This document shows positions 46,201-54,426 of a DNA stretch of 64,000 bases, in pieces. Source of the DNA: an uncultured Eubacteriales bacterium. Lineage in GTDB: Bacteria > Bacillota > Clostridia > Oscillospirales > Acutalibacteraceae. Both the position numbers and the translations under genes were made by a program. Positions within the stretch are counted from its first letter, which is position 1. Every line of letters begins with the position of its first letter. Location of the stretch: the NCBI GenBank assembly GCA_900315255.1, contig OMYH01000024.1, forward strand, positions 740-64,739. Reading direction: 5' to 3'. Under the pieces are notes generated by a model. It made no database searches and was not told the origin of the DNA. It was given only the letters and a program-made list of their open reading frames with translations.

Positions 46201-47094
46201 TATTCTTGTTATATCAAACAGTTCGCTTGCAGCCTTAATGCGGGCGAACCACCACTTGTAGCCTGTTTCTTTGAGGTACTCCCAGTTGTACAGAGGGTTG
46301 CCCCAGAGCTGACCCGTTGCCGAGAAATAATCCGGCGGACATCCTGCAACACAGACAGGCTGTCTGTTTTCGTCAAGCCAGAACACCTCGGGATTAGCCC
46401 ATGTGTCTGCGCTGTCCATAGCAACATAGATAGGCATATCGCCGATTATCTCTATGCCGAGCCCGTTAACATAAGCACGGAAAGCCTCCCACTGCTCATA
46501 GAATTTGTACTGTACAAACTTCCAGAACGAGATCTCCTTCGACAGCTTCTTTTTATATGACTTAACGCCCTCGTCTGTTCTCAGACGGATAGACTCGTCC
46601 TCCCACTCTGTCCATGCCTTGTTGTCAAAAGAACCCTTGACAGCCATATACAAAGCGTAGTTATCAAGCCATTTTTTATTTTTTGTACACCATGCCTTGA
46701 ATGCCTTTTTTGCGTCTTCAAGAGCAGGATCTCTTTTATTGAAGTTCTTGAAAGCGATCCTCAGAACAGAAAATCTGTTGTTGTAGATCTTCTCATAATC
46801 CACCTTTTCGTCATTGTCGCCCCAATCAAGCGCCTTGTAATCCTCAGGCTTAAGCAGACCCTCGCCGCACAGTGTGTCGAGGTCTATCATATACGGATTG
46901 CCTGCGAATGTGGAGAACGACTGGTACGGTGAATCGCCGTAGCTCGTAGGACCTACCGGAAGGATCTGCCAGTACTTCTGACCCGCACCCTTTAAGAAGT
47001 CCGCAAATTCATAAGCCTCCTTGCCTATTGTACCGATACCGTAGCGTGTAGGCAGAGATGTTATAGGCATAAGTATACCTGCTGCTCTGGACAT
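43216..47094 (-). CDS. Fusion protein: 4-alpha-glucanotransferase (MalQ, residues about 1-500) plus alpha-glucan/maltodextrin phosphorylase (GlgP/MalP, residues about 505-1292)
   Basis: The N-terminal part begins GILMPITSLPTRYGIGTIG...YWQILPVGPT...SPYQSFS (GH77). The C-terminal part has YFSAEFLMGR, GNGGLGRLAACFLDS and the PLP-lysine block TAGTEASGTGNMKFMLNGA (GT35). It is a single uninterrupted ORF. Confidence 0.85.
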   Translation of the reverse strand: MSRAAGILMPITSLPTRYGIGTIGKEAYEFADFLKGAGQKYWQILPVGPTSYGDSPYQSFSTFAGNPYMIDLDTLCGEGLLKPEDYKALDWGDNDEKVDYEKIYNNRFSVLRIAFKNFNKRDPALEDAKKAFKAWCTKNKKWLDNYALYMAVKGSFDNKAWTEWEDESIRLRTDEGVKSYKKKLSKEISFWKFVQYKFYEQWEAFRAYVNGLGIEIIGDMPIYVAMDSADTWANPEVFWLDENRQPVCVAGCPPDYFSATGQLWGNPLYNWEYLKETGYKWWFARIKAASELFDITRIDHFRAFNDYYAIPFPAENAINGKWMDGPGIEFFNLMRKALGELPIIAEDLGTMTPGVIKLLKDSGYPGMKVLEFAFDSNEENNYLPHTYTPNCVVYSGTHDNDTLIGWMESAPEHCVKFAREYCKMGKDEPFNWGIIRTAYESVSDYCIIQMQDYLGLGSEARMNIPSTLGGNWEWRVRKDYAAGGLAAKIRKLTKTYNRLEEEKKMEKKTEKNSILERLELAAKTDYCKEIEELTVPELHEELGKAVMGEIADRWAKAKNVHADNRRAYYFSAEFLMGRMMYNNLYCLDILDDVKSILSKKGIDINVFEEIDDAALGNGGLGRLAACFLDSAATQDVPLDGYGIRYKYGLFKQSIVDGFQVETADDWQRFGDPWCIRRNEDTVEVKFKDQTVKAVPYDMAVIGYGTENINTLRLWEAEPLENFDFLKFNNFDYNGSVQAKNDAENITKVLYPNDNRHEGKVLRLKQQYFFCSASLQDILKRYRSKYGNDYSKFSEHAAIQLNDTHPIVSIPELIRLLMLDGVSFDVAFEIAQKTFAYTNHTVMAEALEKWNIDLMKSVIPEVYAIIERIADRLVKELSPKCDISNMKIIDGGVVHMARLAVYGSSYTNGVAWIHTEILKNDVLNDWYKIYPERFQNKTNGITQRRWLGLCNPELSELLTETIGSSDYLRNLDELKKLEAHLDANTIKRFNAIKLEKKKQLADYIEKHEGIKLDPTFIFDIQVKRLHEYKRQLLNAFSIMDIYFKLKNGELPNWQPTAFIFGAKAAPGYARAKAIIKYINEIGNLVNNDPDVNDKIKVVFVQNYNVSYAEKIVTAADISEQISTAGTEASGTGNMKFMLNGAVTLGTYDGANVEIAQEAGEENEYIFGARVEKIDELKANGSYSSKAIYDSNPEIRKVIDTLIDGTFSDGGRHGEGSFAELHSSLVNGASWHHPDHYFILLDLPSYVEAKIKVNADYADREAFGKKCLMNVANAGKFSSDRTILQYAKELWKVK

Positions 47095-47470
47095 TAAAAA
47101 TTCACAACCTTTCTGTCGGTTCGCTTAACACCTGCGAACCGCTGTAATTTTTGTTATATGTTAGATTATTATTGTACGGAACAATCCCCTACATAGATTA
47201 TATTTTATCATATTATTGCAATATCTGCAAGTGTTAAAAATAAAATAAACGAAAAAATAATACAAAATCCTTTGTTTTATCGTCAATAAATTATAGATTT
47301 TTGCAATTCCGTGACGAAAAAACGATTATTCGGAAAATTCCACTGACTTTATGAACACAAAATTCCCGGATATCGGCGAATAATACATCAAATCCGATAC
47401 TTGAAATATCACGCCGCCAATGCTATAATTGTTAATATGAAAAAAATACAGATGGAAAGAGGCATTATAT

Positions 47471-48592
47471 ATGAAGAGATCTCCGAGCAGATTATGGATG
47501 ATAATTCCCTGCTACAACGAAGAAACCGTACTCCCGATAACGTGCGAGCTGTTTTTAAATGAGCTCAAGGATCTTATAGAGAAGAAGAAGATAACAGACG
47601 ACAGCCGTATTCTTTTTGTCAATGACGGCAGCCGTGACGACACATGGAACATTATCGAGAATCTGGCGAAGACAGATCCCCATTACATAGGAATAAGCCA
47701 GAGCCGCAACAGAGGTCATCAGAACGCCGTTCTTGCAGGTCTTATGGAAGCTAAGGATAAGGCAGATATAACGATCTCTATCGACTGCGACGGTCAGGAC
47801 GACATTTCCGCTATGGAAGCAATGGTAGACGAATACCACAACGGATATGAGATCGTCTACGGAGTAAGAAGCAAGAGAAAAACAGACACATTTTTCAAGA
47901 GATTCACTGCGGAGAGTTTTTACAAGCTGCTCAACAAAATGGGCGCAGAGGTCGTGTTCAACCATGCCGACTACAGACTCATTTCGTCGAGGGTGTTAAA
48001 GGAGTTCGCCGAATTCAAGGAGGTCAATCTTTTCCTGAGAGGTATGATCCCGCTTGTAGGCTTCAAGAGCACATCTGTTTATTACGAGCGTCACGAGAGG
48101 ATCGCAGGCGAATCGCACTATCCTCTAAGCAAAATGCTGTCGCTTGCGTTTGACGGAATAACGAGCCTGAGCGTAAAGCCGATACAGATGATCACGATGT
48201 TCGGCTGTTTTGTTGCGATAATGAGCTTTATCGGAGCATTGTGGGCGGTAATATCCGCTTTGACGGGCAACACCGTTCCCGGGTGGACGAGTATGACTTG
48301 TATCATCTGCTTTGTCAGCGGAATCCAGCTTATTTCTCTTGGCATAATCGGAAATTACATCGGTAAGATCTACATGGAAGTAAAACACCGCCCGAGATAT
48401 ATCATCAGCGAACGCACATGGGAACAGGAAGAAGCAGAAGCAGAAGCAGAAGCAGAAGCAGAAGCAGAAGATAAAGCGCAAAGAACCGTGCCGGAAAAGA
48501 CCCTAAGGAAGCCTCAGAGAAAACCTCAAAGAAAGCCTCAGGGAAAATCACAAGGAAAACAACAGGAAAAGCCGCAGGAAAAAGAACAGTAA
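47471..48592 (+). CDS. Family 2 glycosyltransferase (GtrB/DPM1-like, polyprenyl-phosphate sugar transferase type) with a low-complexity charged tail
   Basis: IIPCYNEE, VNDGSRDDT and SIDCDGQDD are present. Two C-terminal TMs are followed by EEAEAEAEAEAEAEDK...KPQRKPQRKPQGKSQGKQQEKPQEKEQ. Confidence 0.8.
   Translation: MKRSPSRLWMIIPCYNEETVLPITCELFLNELKDLIEKKKITDDSRILFVNDGSRDDTWNIIENLAKTDPHYIGISQSRNRGHQNAVLAGLMEAKDKADITISIDCDGQDDISAMEAMVDEYHNGYEIVYGVRSKRKTDTFFKRFTAESFYKLLNKMGAEVVFNHADYRLISSRVLKEFAEFKEVNLFLRGMIPLVGFKSTSVYYERHERIAGESHYPLSKMLSLAFDGITSLSVKPIQMITMFGCFVAIMSFIGALWAVISALTGNTVPGWTSMTCIICFVSGIQLISLGIIGNYIGKIYMEVKHRPRYIISERTWEQEEAEAEAEAEAEAEDKAQRTVPEKTLRKPQRKPQRKPQGKSQGKQQEKPQEKEQ
48431..48470. 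repeat. Hexanucleotide microsatellite (GAAGCA)x6 encoding (EA)n in the glycosyltransferase tail
   Basis: Read directly at 48431..48470: GAAGCAGAAGCAGAAGCAGAAGCAGAAGCAGAAGCAGAAG. Confidence 0.9.
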
Positions 48593-48706
48593 AACCTGAT
48601 CAACAAACAACCGCCCACCGTAACAAGTGAGCGGTTATAGTTTTATTTTCTATATTGCGTCAATTGATTATGTATACATTTTTTTGAATATGATTTATGT
48701 CAGAAA

Positions 48707-49489
48707 TTACGAATGCCAATCTCCGCCTTTTATTGATTCTCCGTTGTCGTTTCTTGTCGGAGTTGTTTCCGTTCCGAGGTTGCCTGTGAGATACATTATC
48801 ACCGACAGCGCCGCTATCGGGGCAGTTTCGGCGCGGAGTATCCTGCTGCCAAGTGTTGCGCATTCTCCGCCGTGCGATAATATAATATCTATCTCCGACC
48901 TTTCAAAGCCGCCCTCACTGCCGATGAACAAAGAGAGCTTCTCCTGTCTTTTCTCAGTGAGATCTCCGAGCGGACTTCCGCCAAGCTCATAGCACACAAC
49001 AGCGGTATCCCCCGCAGCCTTTGCCGCCTGTTCAAGCTTCATAAGCGGCTGCACCTTCGGCACTGCCCCTCTGCGTGACTGCTGCGCCGCCTGCAGGGCT
49101 ATCTTGTTCCAGCGCTCGATTTTTTTCTTCATCGACTTTTCATCAGGCCTTGATACGCACCTGTCCGTAAGTACCGGCACGATCTCCTTTACTCCAAGCT
49201 CGACCGCCTTTTGTATGATGAAATCCATCTTATCGCCCTTCGCAAGCGCCTGATAGAGCGTGACGAACGTTCCGGGTTCGTTATCGCAAGGATAGCTGTC
49301 AGTCACTCTGGCTTCGACCTCGCCGCCCGTTATGCTTTCTATTATACAATCATGCCGTACCTCTTTGCTGTCACAGATAGTCAGTGTTTCGCCCTGCTTC
49401 ATTCGCAGTGATTTTATAATATGCGCTGCGTCCTCTCCTGTTATCGTGTGCAGCGGAGCATTAACGCTGTCTGCAAAAAACCATGCCAT
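48707..49489 (-). CDS. rsmE: 16S rRNA (uracil1498-N3)-methyltransferase RsmE
   Basis: The N-terminus is PUA-like. The motif LYQALAKGDKMDFIIQKAVELGV and the C-terminal SPOUT knot region (GSEGGF...LGSRILRAETA) are present. Confidence 0.8.
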   Translation of the reverse strand: MAWFFADSVNAPLHTITGEDAAHIIKSLRMKQGETLTICDSKEVRHDCIIESITGGEVEARVTDSYPCDNEPGTFVTLYQALAKGDKMDFIIQKAVELGVKEIVPVLTDRCVSRPDEKSMKKKIERWNKIALQAAQQSRRGAVPKVQPLMKLEQAAKAAGDTAVVCYELGGSPLGDLTEKRQEKLSLFIGSEGGFERSEIDIILSHGGECATLGSRILRAETAPIAALSVIMYLTGNLGTETTPTRNDNGESIKGGDWHS

Positions 49490-49501
49490 AATTATCCTCC
49501 G

Positions 49502-50074
49502 TTATTCAAAATCACTGATCGAGTAGGAGTCGGTATCGTTATCGTTATCATCCAGAGCGATACTGTTGTTTGAGGCGATGTAGCTCTCTATCTCCTGCTC
49601 TCTGCGTTTACGAACCATTTCGTTCAGGAGAACGAACCTTGCAAATCTGTTTGCTATTATAAAAGGAATGTTTCCGATGACCACTATACTGCCGATAATA
49701 AACCCGAAATAGGGTATGTTAATAATTACAGCAAAAATGAAGTACAGGCAATTAAGAATGTTGAACAGCTCGCTTCGGCAGGTTATTGTAATGTATCTTT
49801 TGAGCCTGGCAATATCCGCTTCTTCTATTTTTTTGTAATCTATTCTCTCTCTGTTGAATTTGATCGGCAACACCCCGTACCATGCGCCGACATCAAAATT
49901 ATCCGTGTAGAATTGCCCCTTTTTCTCCCAGTTATACACTCTGTACGGAAATTTCCTGTAATCCACTCTTTTGGAGCTTGCCGATCTCGCTATTACAAAA
50001 GACACAAATACCCATAAACATATTATCAGAATATTTATGATCAATGCCATTCCCAATGTACTGCTCTTTAACAT
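49502..50074 (-). CDS. Hypothetical membrane protein with an acidic C-terminal tail
   Basis: It has 3 predicted TM segments and no confidently recognised family. There is a faint resemblance to the small acyltransferase-like membrane proteins annotated next to carotenoid genes. Confidence 0.35.
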   Translation of the reverse strand: MLKSSTLGMALIINILIICLWVFVSFVIARSASSKRVDYRKFPYRVYNWEKKGQFYTDNFDVGAWYGVLPIKFNRERIDYKKIEEADIARLKRYITITCRSELFNILNCLYFIFAVIINIPYFGFIIGSIVVIGNIPFIIANRFARFVLLNEMVRKRREQEIESYIASNNSIALDDNDNDTDSYSISDFE

Positions 50075-50227
50075 TTCGCTGTTCCTCTCGAATTAAATAA
50101 TCTATATACAATATAACAAATTCTTTTATGTTTTTCAATTTCAAAATTGTAACCTTCATGCATATGTACAAATATGTTCTCAAAATGTTATAATAACACT
50201 ATCACCACAGAAAGAGGTATATTAAAA

Positions 50228-50722
50228 ATGCAGCCTATCGAAGATTTACTTGTCAGGGAGCTTATCTCCGGAAATCTGAAAATCGCCACCGCCGAAAGCT
50301 GTACGGGCGGCCTGTTGTCTGAAATGATAACAAGAGTATCGGGTTCAAGCTCGGTATTTGAATGCGGCGTCTGCTCATACTCAAACGATATAAAGATCAA
50401 CGTGCTCGGAGTACGCCGCCCGACAATAGAGAAATACACCGAAGTAAGTATCCCATGCGCCGAGGAGATGGCAGAAGGTGTGCTGAAGCTGTCAGGGGCA
50501 GATATCGCCGTATCCACAACGGGAGTTGCAGGTCCCACAGGCGGAACGGAAGAAAACCCTGTCGGTACTGTGTATGTCGGGTTTGCTTCGAAGAACGGAG
50601 TATTCGCAGAAAAGAAGAATTTCAACACCGACAGCTGTAACGACAGGATCGAAATACGCAAACGGTGCGCACAATATTGTCTTGAAAAAGTATATTCCAT
50701 GCTGTTAAGACCGAATCCGTAA
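50228..50722 (+). CDS. pncC: CinA C-terminal domain protein / nicotinamide-nucleotide amidase (PncC-like)
   Basis: LKIATAESCTGGLLSEMIT...SSSVFECGVCSYSNDIK...GVAGPTGG matches the CinA/PncC signature. I chose the start at Met19 of the track ORF. Confidence 0.8.
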   Translation: MQPIEDLLVRELISGNLKIATAESCTGGLLSEMITRVSGSSSVFECGVCSYSNDIKINVLGVRRPTIEKYTEVSIPCAEEMAEGVLKLSGADIAVSTTGVAGPTGGTEENPVGTVYVGFASKNGVFAEKKNFNTDSCNDRIEIRKRCAQYCLEKVYSMLLRPNP

Positions 50723-50792
50723 AACAGATTACAACACAAGGGACAGACAAGCAGATTGTCACTCACACAAATCGATCGGCACACAGGATCAC

Positions 50793-51587
50793 CTATGTGC
50801 CGATTATTGTTATTATATTCCGAGGACAGACCTCAACGCACTTTTTGCAGCCGCTGCATTTTTCGGTATCTATCACAGCATGGAAATTCTCGATAGTTAT
50901 CGCACTGTTTTCGCATTCCTTTACGCATTTCATGCATCCGATACAGCCAACCTTGCAGGCTTCCTTTGTAAATACACCCTTTTCGCAGTTGCTGCATTTT
51001 ACAACGGCATGGGTTTTCACAGGCTCTATTCTGATAAGGTGCTTCGGACAAACGTCCTCGCATTTCCCGCAGGCTCTGCACAGCTCAGGATCGATATCCG
51101 CAACGCCGTTATCTATATTTATTGCTCCGTATTCACATGACGCCATACAATCTCCGAAACCGATACAGCCATAAGGACATTCACCCATACCGCCGAAAAG
51201 CCGATTCGCCGCCATGCACGACTCAACGCCCTGATACAGAACCTTTTTTGATGTATTGCAGTCGTTTCCGCTGCAATGAACGACCGACGCTTTGCGTACA
51301 CTTTCCACCCTGTCCGAGTCTATTATCAGAGCAATTTCGTCTATTACCCCCTGACCGCCGGGAGAACATAAACCAAGCTTCGCCTGCCCGTGCGCAAGCG
51401 CCTTTGCATAGCCGTCACAGCCCGAAAATCCGCACGCACCGCAGTTCGCACCGGGCAGCTTTTCACGGATAGCCTCGGCTTTTTTATCGGCAGGCACAGC
51501 CATTATTACAGCCGCTGCCGCAAGAACAACGCCTACCGCAAAAGCGATAACAGCAACGACAAACACCGCCGTCAATATATTGCTCAT
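50793..51587 (-). CDS. rnfB: Rnf electron-transport complex subunit B (polyferredoxin)
   Basis: An N-terminal TM is followed by the CGACGFSGC cluster and several CxxCxxCxxxCP ferredoxin motifs. It is the last gene of the rnfCDGEAB order. Confidence 0.9.
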   Translation of the reverse strand: MSNILTAVFVVAVIAFAVGVVLAAAAVIMAVPADKKAEAIREKLPGANCGACGFSGCDGYAKALAHGQAKLGLCSPGGQGVIDEIALIIDSDRVESVRKASVVHCSGNDCNTSKKVLYQGVESCMAANRLFGGMGECPYGCIGFGDCMASCEYGAINIDNGVADIDPELCRACGKCEDVCPKHLIRIEPVKTHAVVKCSNCEKGVFTKEACKVGCIGCMKCVKECENSAITIENFHAVIDTEKCSGCKKCVEVCPRNIITIIGT

Positions 51588-51598
51588 ATTCGTCCTCC

Positions 51599-52219
51599 TC
51601 AGCCAATCAGCCTGTCAACTATGCCGTTGAAACCCAGAAACGAACAGGCTACCAGCGACGCAGATACAAGCGTTATCGGCAAGCCCTTCAGGCTTTCGGG
51701 AATATCGCAGCCTTCAAGACGTTCTCTTACTCCGGCAAACATCACCATAGCCACTAGGAAGCCCACTCCCGCTCCCAGCGCATTGACCAAAGACGCTATA
51801 TATCCGAACGAAGGATTCTCCGCTCCCTTGTCGAGCACCAGCATTGTAACACCCAGTACGGCGCAGTTTGTCGTAATAAGAGGAAGATATATTCCGAGGG
51901 CATTGTAAAGCTTTGACATATACTTTTTCAGGACTATCTCAACGAGCTGTACAAGTCCTGCTATTACCAGAATAAAAACAAGCGTCTGTAAATAATCAAG
52001 CTCCTTCGGAACAAGAATAAAAGTATATATCGGCCACGTTACTGCGGTAGCAAGCACCATTACAAACGTGACTGCCGCACTCATGCCAAGAGCCGTATCA
52101 AGCTTTTTCGACACTCCCAGAAACGGACATATCCCAAAGAATTTACAAAGCACGTAATTCTCGGTAAGTATCGCCGCCAGGAATATTCCTATCAGCTGCG
52201 TCAGACTCATTTTACACAC
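51599..52219 (-). CDS. rnfA: Rnf complex subunit A
   Basis: A polytopic membrane protein paralogous to RnfE (LGICPFLGVS, ITTNCAVLG). Its position in the cluster fits. The true start may be Met4. Confidence 0.9.
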   Translation of the reverse strand: MCKMSLTQLIGIFLAAILTENYVLCKFFGICPFLGVSKKLDTALGMSAAVTFVMVLATAVTWPIYTFILVPKELDYLQTLVFILVIAGLVQLVEIVLKKYMSKLYNALGIYLPLITTNCAVLGVTMLVLDKGAENPSFGYIASLVNALGAGVGFLVAMVMFAGVRERLEGCDIPESLKGLPITLVSASLVACSFLGFNGIVDRLIG

Positions 52220-52896
52220 TCCTTTTCTTCGTCAAGTCCCCTGCAGCTTTCGCTCATCGGGCAAGAGGCGCAATCTGTGCCCCTGATTTGTTTATCGGCC
52301 ACGGAATTAAGCTTATTTGCTGCCGCCATCAGCATACCAAACACAAAAAAACCTCCCGGCGGCAAAATGAATATAAGTATCGGACTCTGACTAAGCAGCG
52401 GAATGTTCATTCCGAACCACGAGCCTGCGCCGAGTATCTCTCTGATACTGCCCATTAAAAACAGCGCAGCGGTGAAACCTATCCCCATTCCCAGACCGTC
52501 AAGCGCAGATGCGGCGATCCCGTTTTTACTTGCAAACATCTCCGCTCTTCCAAGAATGATACAATTCACCACGATCAGCGGAAGATATACTCCGAGGGCT
52601 TCATTGAGCGTGGGCGCATATGCCTTTATGAGCATCTGCACAATAGTAACAAACGCAGCTATTATCGTAATATAAGCAGGTATACGCACCTTGTCGGGGA
52701 TCACTTTTCTGAGCATCGATATCACCGAATTAGAACATACAAGTACCGCAGTTGCGGCAATCCCCATACCTAAAGCGCTGCTGACTCCCGTTGTTACGGC
52801 AAGAGTGGGACAAGTGCCGAGCACTAAGCATAAAACGGGGTTTTCTTTCAATATCCCTTTGGTAAGCTCATTTATCAAAGGCTTTTTTTCGCTCAT
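52207..52896 (-). CDS. rnfE: Rnf complex subunit E
   Basis: ENPVLCLVLGTCPTLAVT and IVVNCIILGRAE are typical of RnfE/NqrD-like proteins. Confidence 0.9.
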   Translation of the reverse strand: MSEKKPLINELTKGILKENPVLCLVLGTCPTLAVTTGVSSALGMGIAATAVLVCSNSVISMLRKVIPDKVRIPAYITIIAAFVTIVQMLIKAYAPTLNEALGVYLPLIVVNCIILGRAEMFASKNGIAASALDGLGMGIGFTAALFLMGSIREILGAGSWFGMNIPLLSQSPILIFILPPGGFFVFGMLMAAANKLNSVADKQIRGTDCASCPMSESCRGLDEEKECVK

Positions 52897-53483
52897 TGTC
52901 CTTCACCTCCGACAGCAAGCTTATATATTTCAAGCGCATGATCCACAGCGCTTACTACCGATCTTGACGATATCGTAGCGCCTGTTACGGCGTCTACTGT
53001 CTGATTATCGGGAAATTTCTGCGAATCTTTTGTGACAGCGAAAGCTTTGTCAGCGCTCCTGCCGGTAAACTGTCCGCAAAAGCTTTCGTGTGATGTCTTT
53101 GCTCCGAGACCCGGTGTTTCGTCGGAGTTATCATAAACATTGACCCCTATGATATTACCGCTTATGTCAATTCCTGTCATTACCTTTATCGTACCGCCGT
53201 ATCCTTTTGCGGATGTTGTGACAGCATATGAAATTATATTATCGTCTTTATCCAGCACCTTATAGCATTCAGCGGTGTTATCGTCAATATCTAACCTCTC
53301 AAACCTGTCTGCATTATCCATAGACACTGCTTCCATAGACATTTGCAGACCTGATCGTTCTGCCTCTGCGATCGGTTCTTTCGTAAGCTCGTTTGTTCCT
53401 GCAAGCAGAGCAGTTGAAATACCGCATATTATAACAAGTGCCGCTGTCGGAACAAAAATATCTCTGAATTTTATTTTAGGCAT
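52893..53483 (-). CDS. rnfG: Rnf complex subunit G (FMN-binding)
   Basis: An N-terminal TM is present, along with the FMN attachment-type motif DAVTGATISSRSV. I chose the start at Met22 of the track ORF, which has a GGGAGAG RBS. Confidence 0.85.
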   Translation of the reverse strand: MPKIKFRDIFVPTAALVIICGISTALLAGTNELTKEPIAEAERSGLQMSMEAVSMDNADRFERLDIDDNTAECYKVLDKDDNIISYAVTTSAKGYGGTIKVMTGIDISGNIIGVNVYDNSDETPGLGAKTSHESFCGQFTGRSADKAFAVTKDSQKFPDNQTVDAVTGATISSRSVVSAVDHALEIYKLAVGGEGQ

Positions 53484-54423
53484 TTTTTCTGCTCTCCCTT
53501 TCTCCGAACGGGTGAGGAAGCGTTGCTCTCTCAATAAGAGGTACAAGTATGTTCATGATCAGAATAGAAAACGACACACCCTCGGGCAGGCTGCCGAATT
53601 GTCTGATCAAAAATGTCAGCACTCCGCACCCTGCGGCAAAGACCACTCTGCCCTTTCGGGTTATCGGAGATGTCGTATAATCGGTCGCCATGAATACAGC
53701 GCCCAGCAGAAGTCCTCCGCTAAGCACCTCGAACAAAATATCCTGCCCGAACAGAAGCGACATCAAAGCGACTGTTCCTATATAAGTCAGCGGAATGACG
53801 GGTGTGATCACTCTGCGTACTACAAGATATACAAATCCGATGATAATAGCCAAAGCGCAGGTTTCACCCATACAGCCGCCTGTCGTACCAAAAAACAGAT
53901 CACGCAGCGAAGCGGTTTCGCCGCTGTTATGTAATGCAAGAGGCGTAGCGCAGGTCACAGCGTCAACGCTGCCGGTTTTGTACCAAAAAGGCGCAGCCCA
54001 TGTTGTCATTTCGGAAGGAAAGCTCGACAGAAGAATAATTCTTGCTGTCAGAGCAGGATTCACGAAATTATTCCCTATCCCTCCGAACATCTGCTTTACT
54101 GCCACTATTGCTGCGATCGCTCCGAATGCAGCATACAGCGGATTTATCCCTACCGGGAGATTGAGCGCAAGCAGAATGCCCGTTACAACTGCCGAAAGAT
54201 CGGTGACGGTGTTCTCACGCTTCATGACCTTTCTCGAAATATATTCCGCAAGGACAGATACGCACACGGTATCGGCGATAATTACAAACGCACGAAATCC
54301 GAATATAACAACAGCCGCTATTACTGCCGGCATGAGAGCGATAATCACATCGAGCATTATGTGTGTTGTGGCAGTTTTAGTCAGAATATGAGGCGAGGGT
54401 GATATGATCAGCTTCTCTTCCAT
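53476..54423 (-). CDS. rnfD: Rnf complex subunit D
   Basis: A polytopic NqrB/RnfD-like protein (SPSPHI..., FMATDYTTSP containing the FMN-binding Thr). Confidence 0.9.
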   Translation of the reverse strand: MEEKLIISPSPHILTKTATTHIMLDVIIALMPAVIAAVVIFGFRAFVIIADTVCVSVLAEYISRKVMKRENTVTDLSAVVTGILLALNLPVGINPLYAAFGAIAAIVAVKQMFGGIGNNFVNPALTARIILLSSFPSEMTTWAAPFWYKTGSVDAVTCATPLALHNSGETASLRDLFFGTTGGCMGETCALAIIIGFVYLVVRRVITPVIPLTYIGTVALMSLLFGQDILFEVLSGGLLLGAVFMATDYTTSPITRKGRVVFAAGCGVLTFLIRQFGSLPEGVSFSILIMNILVPLIERATLPHPFGERESRKNA

Positions 54424-54426
54424 TCG

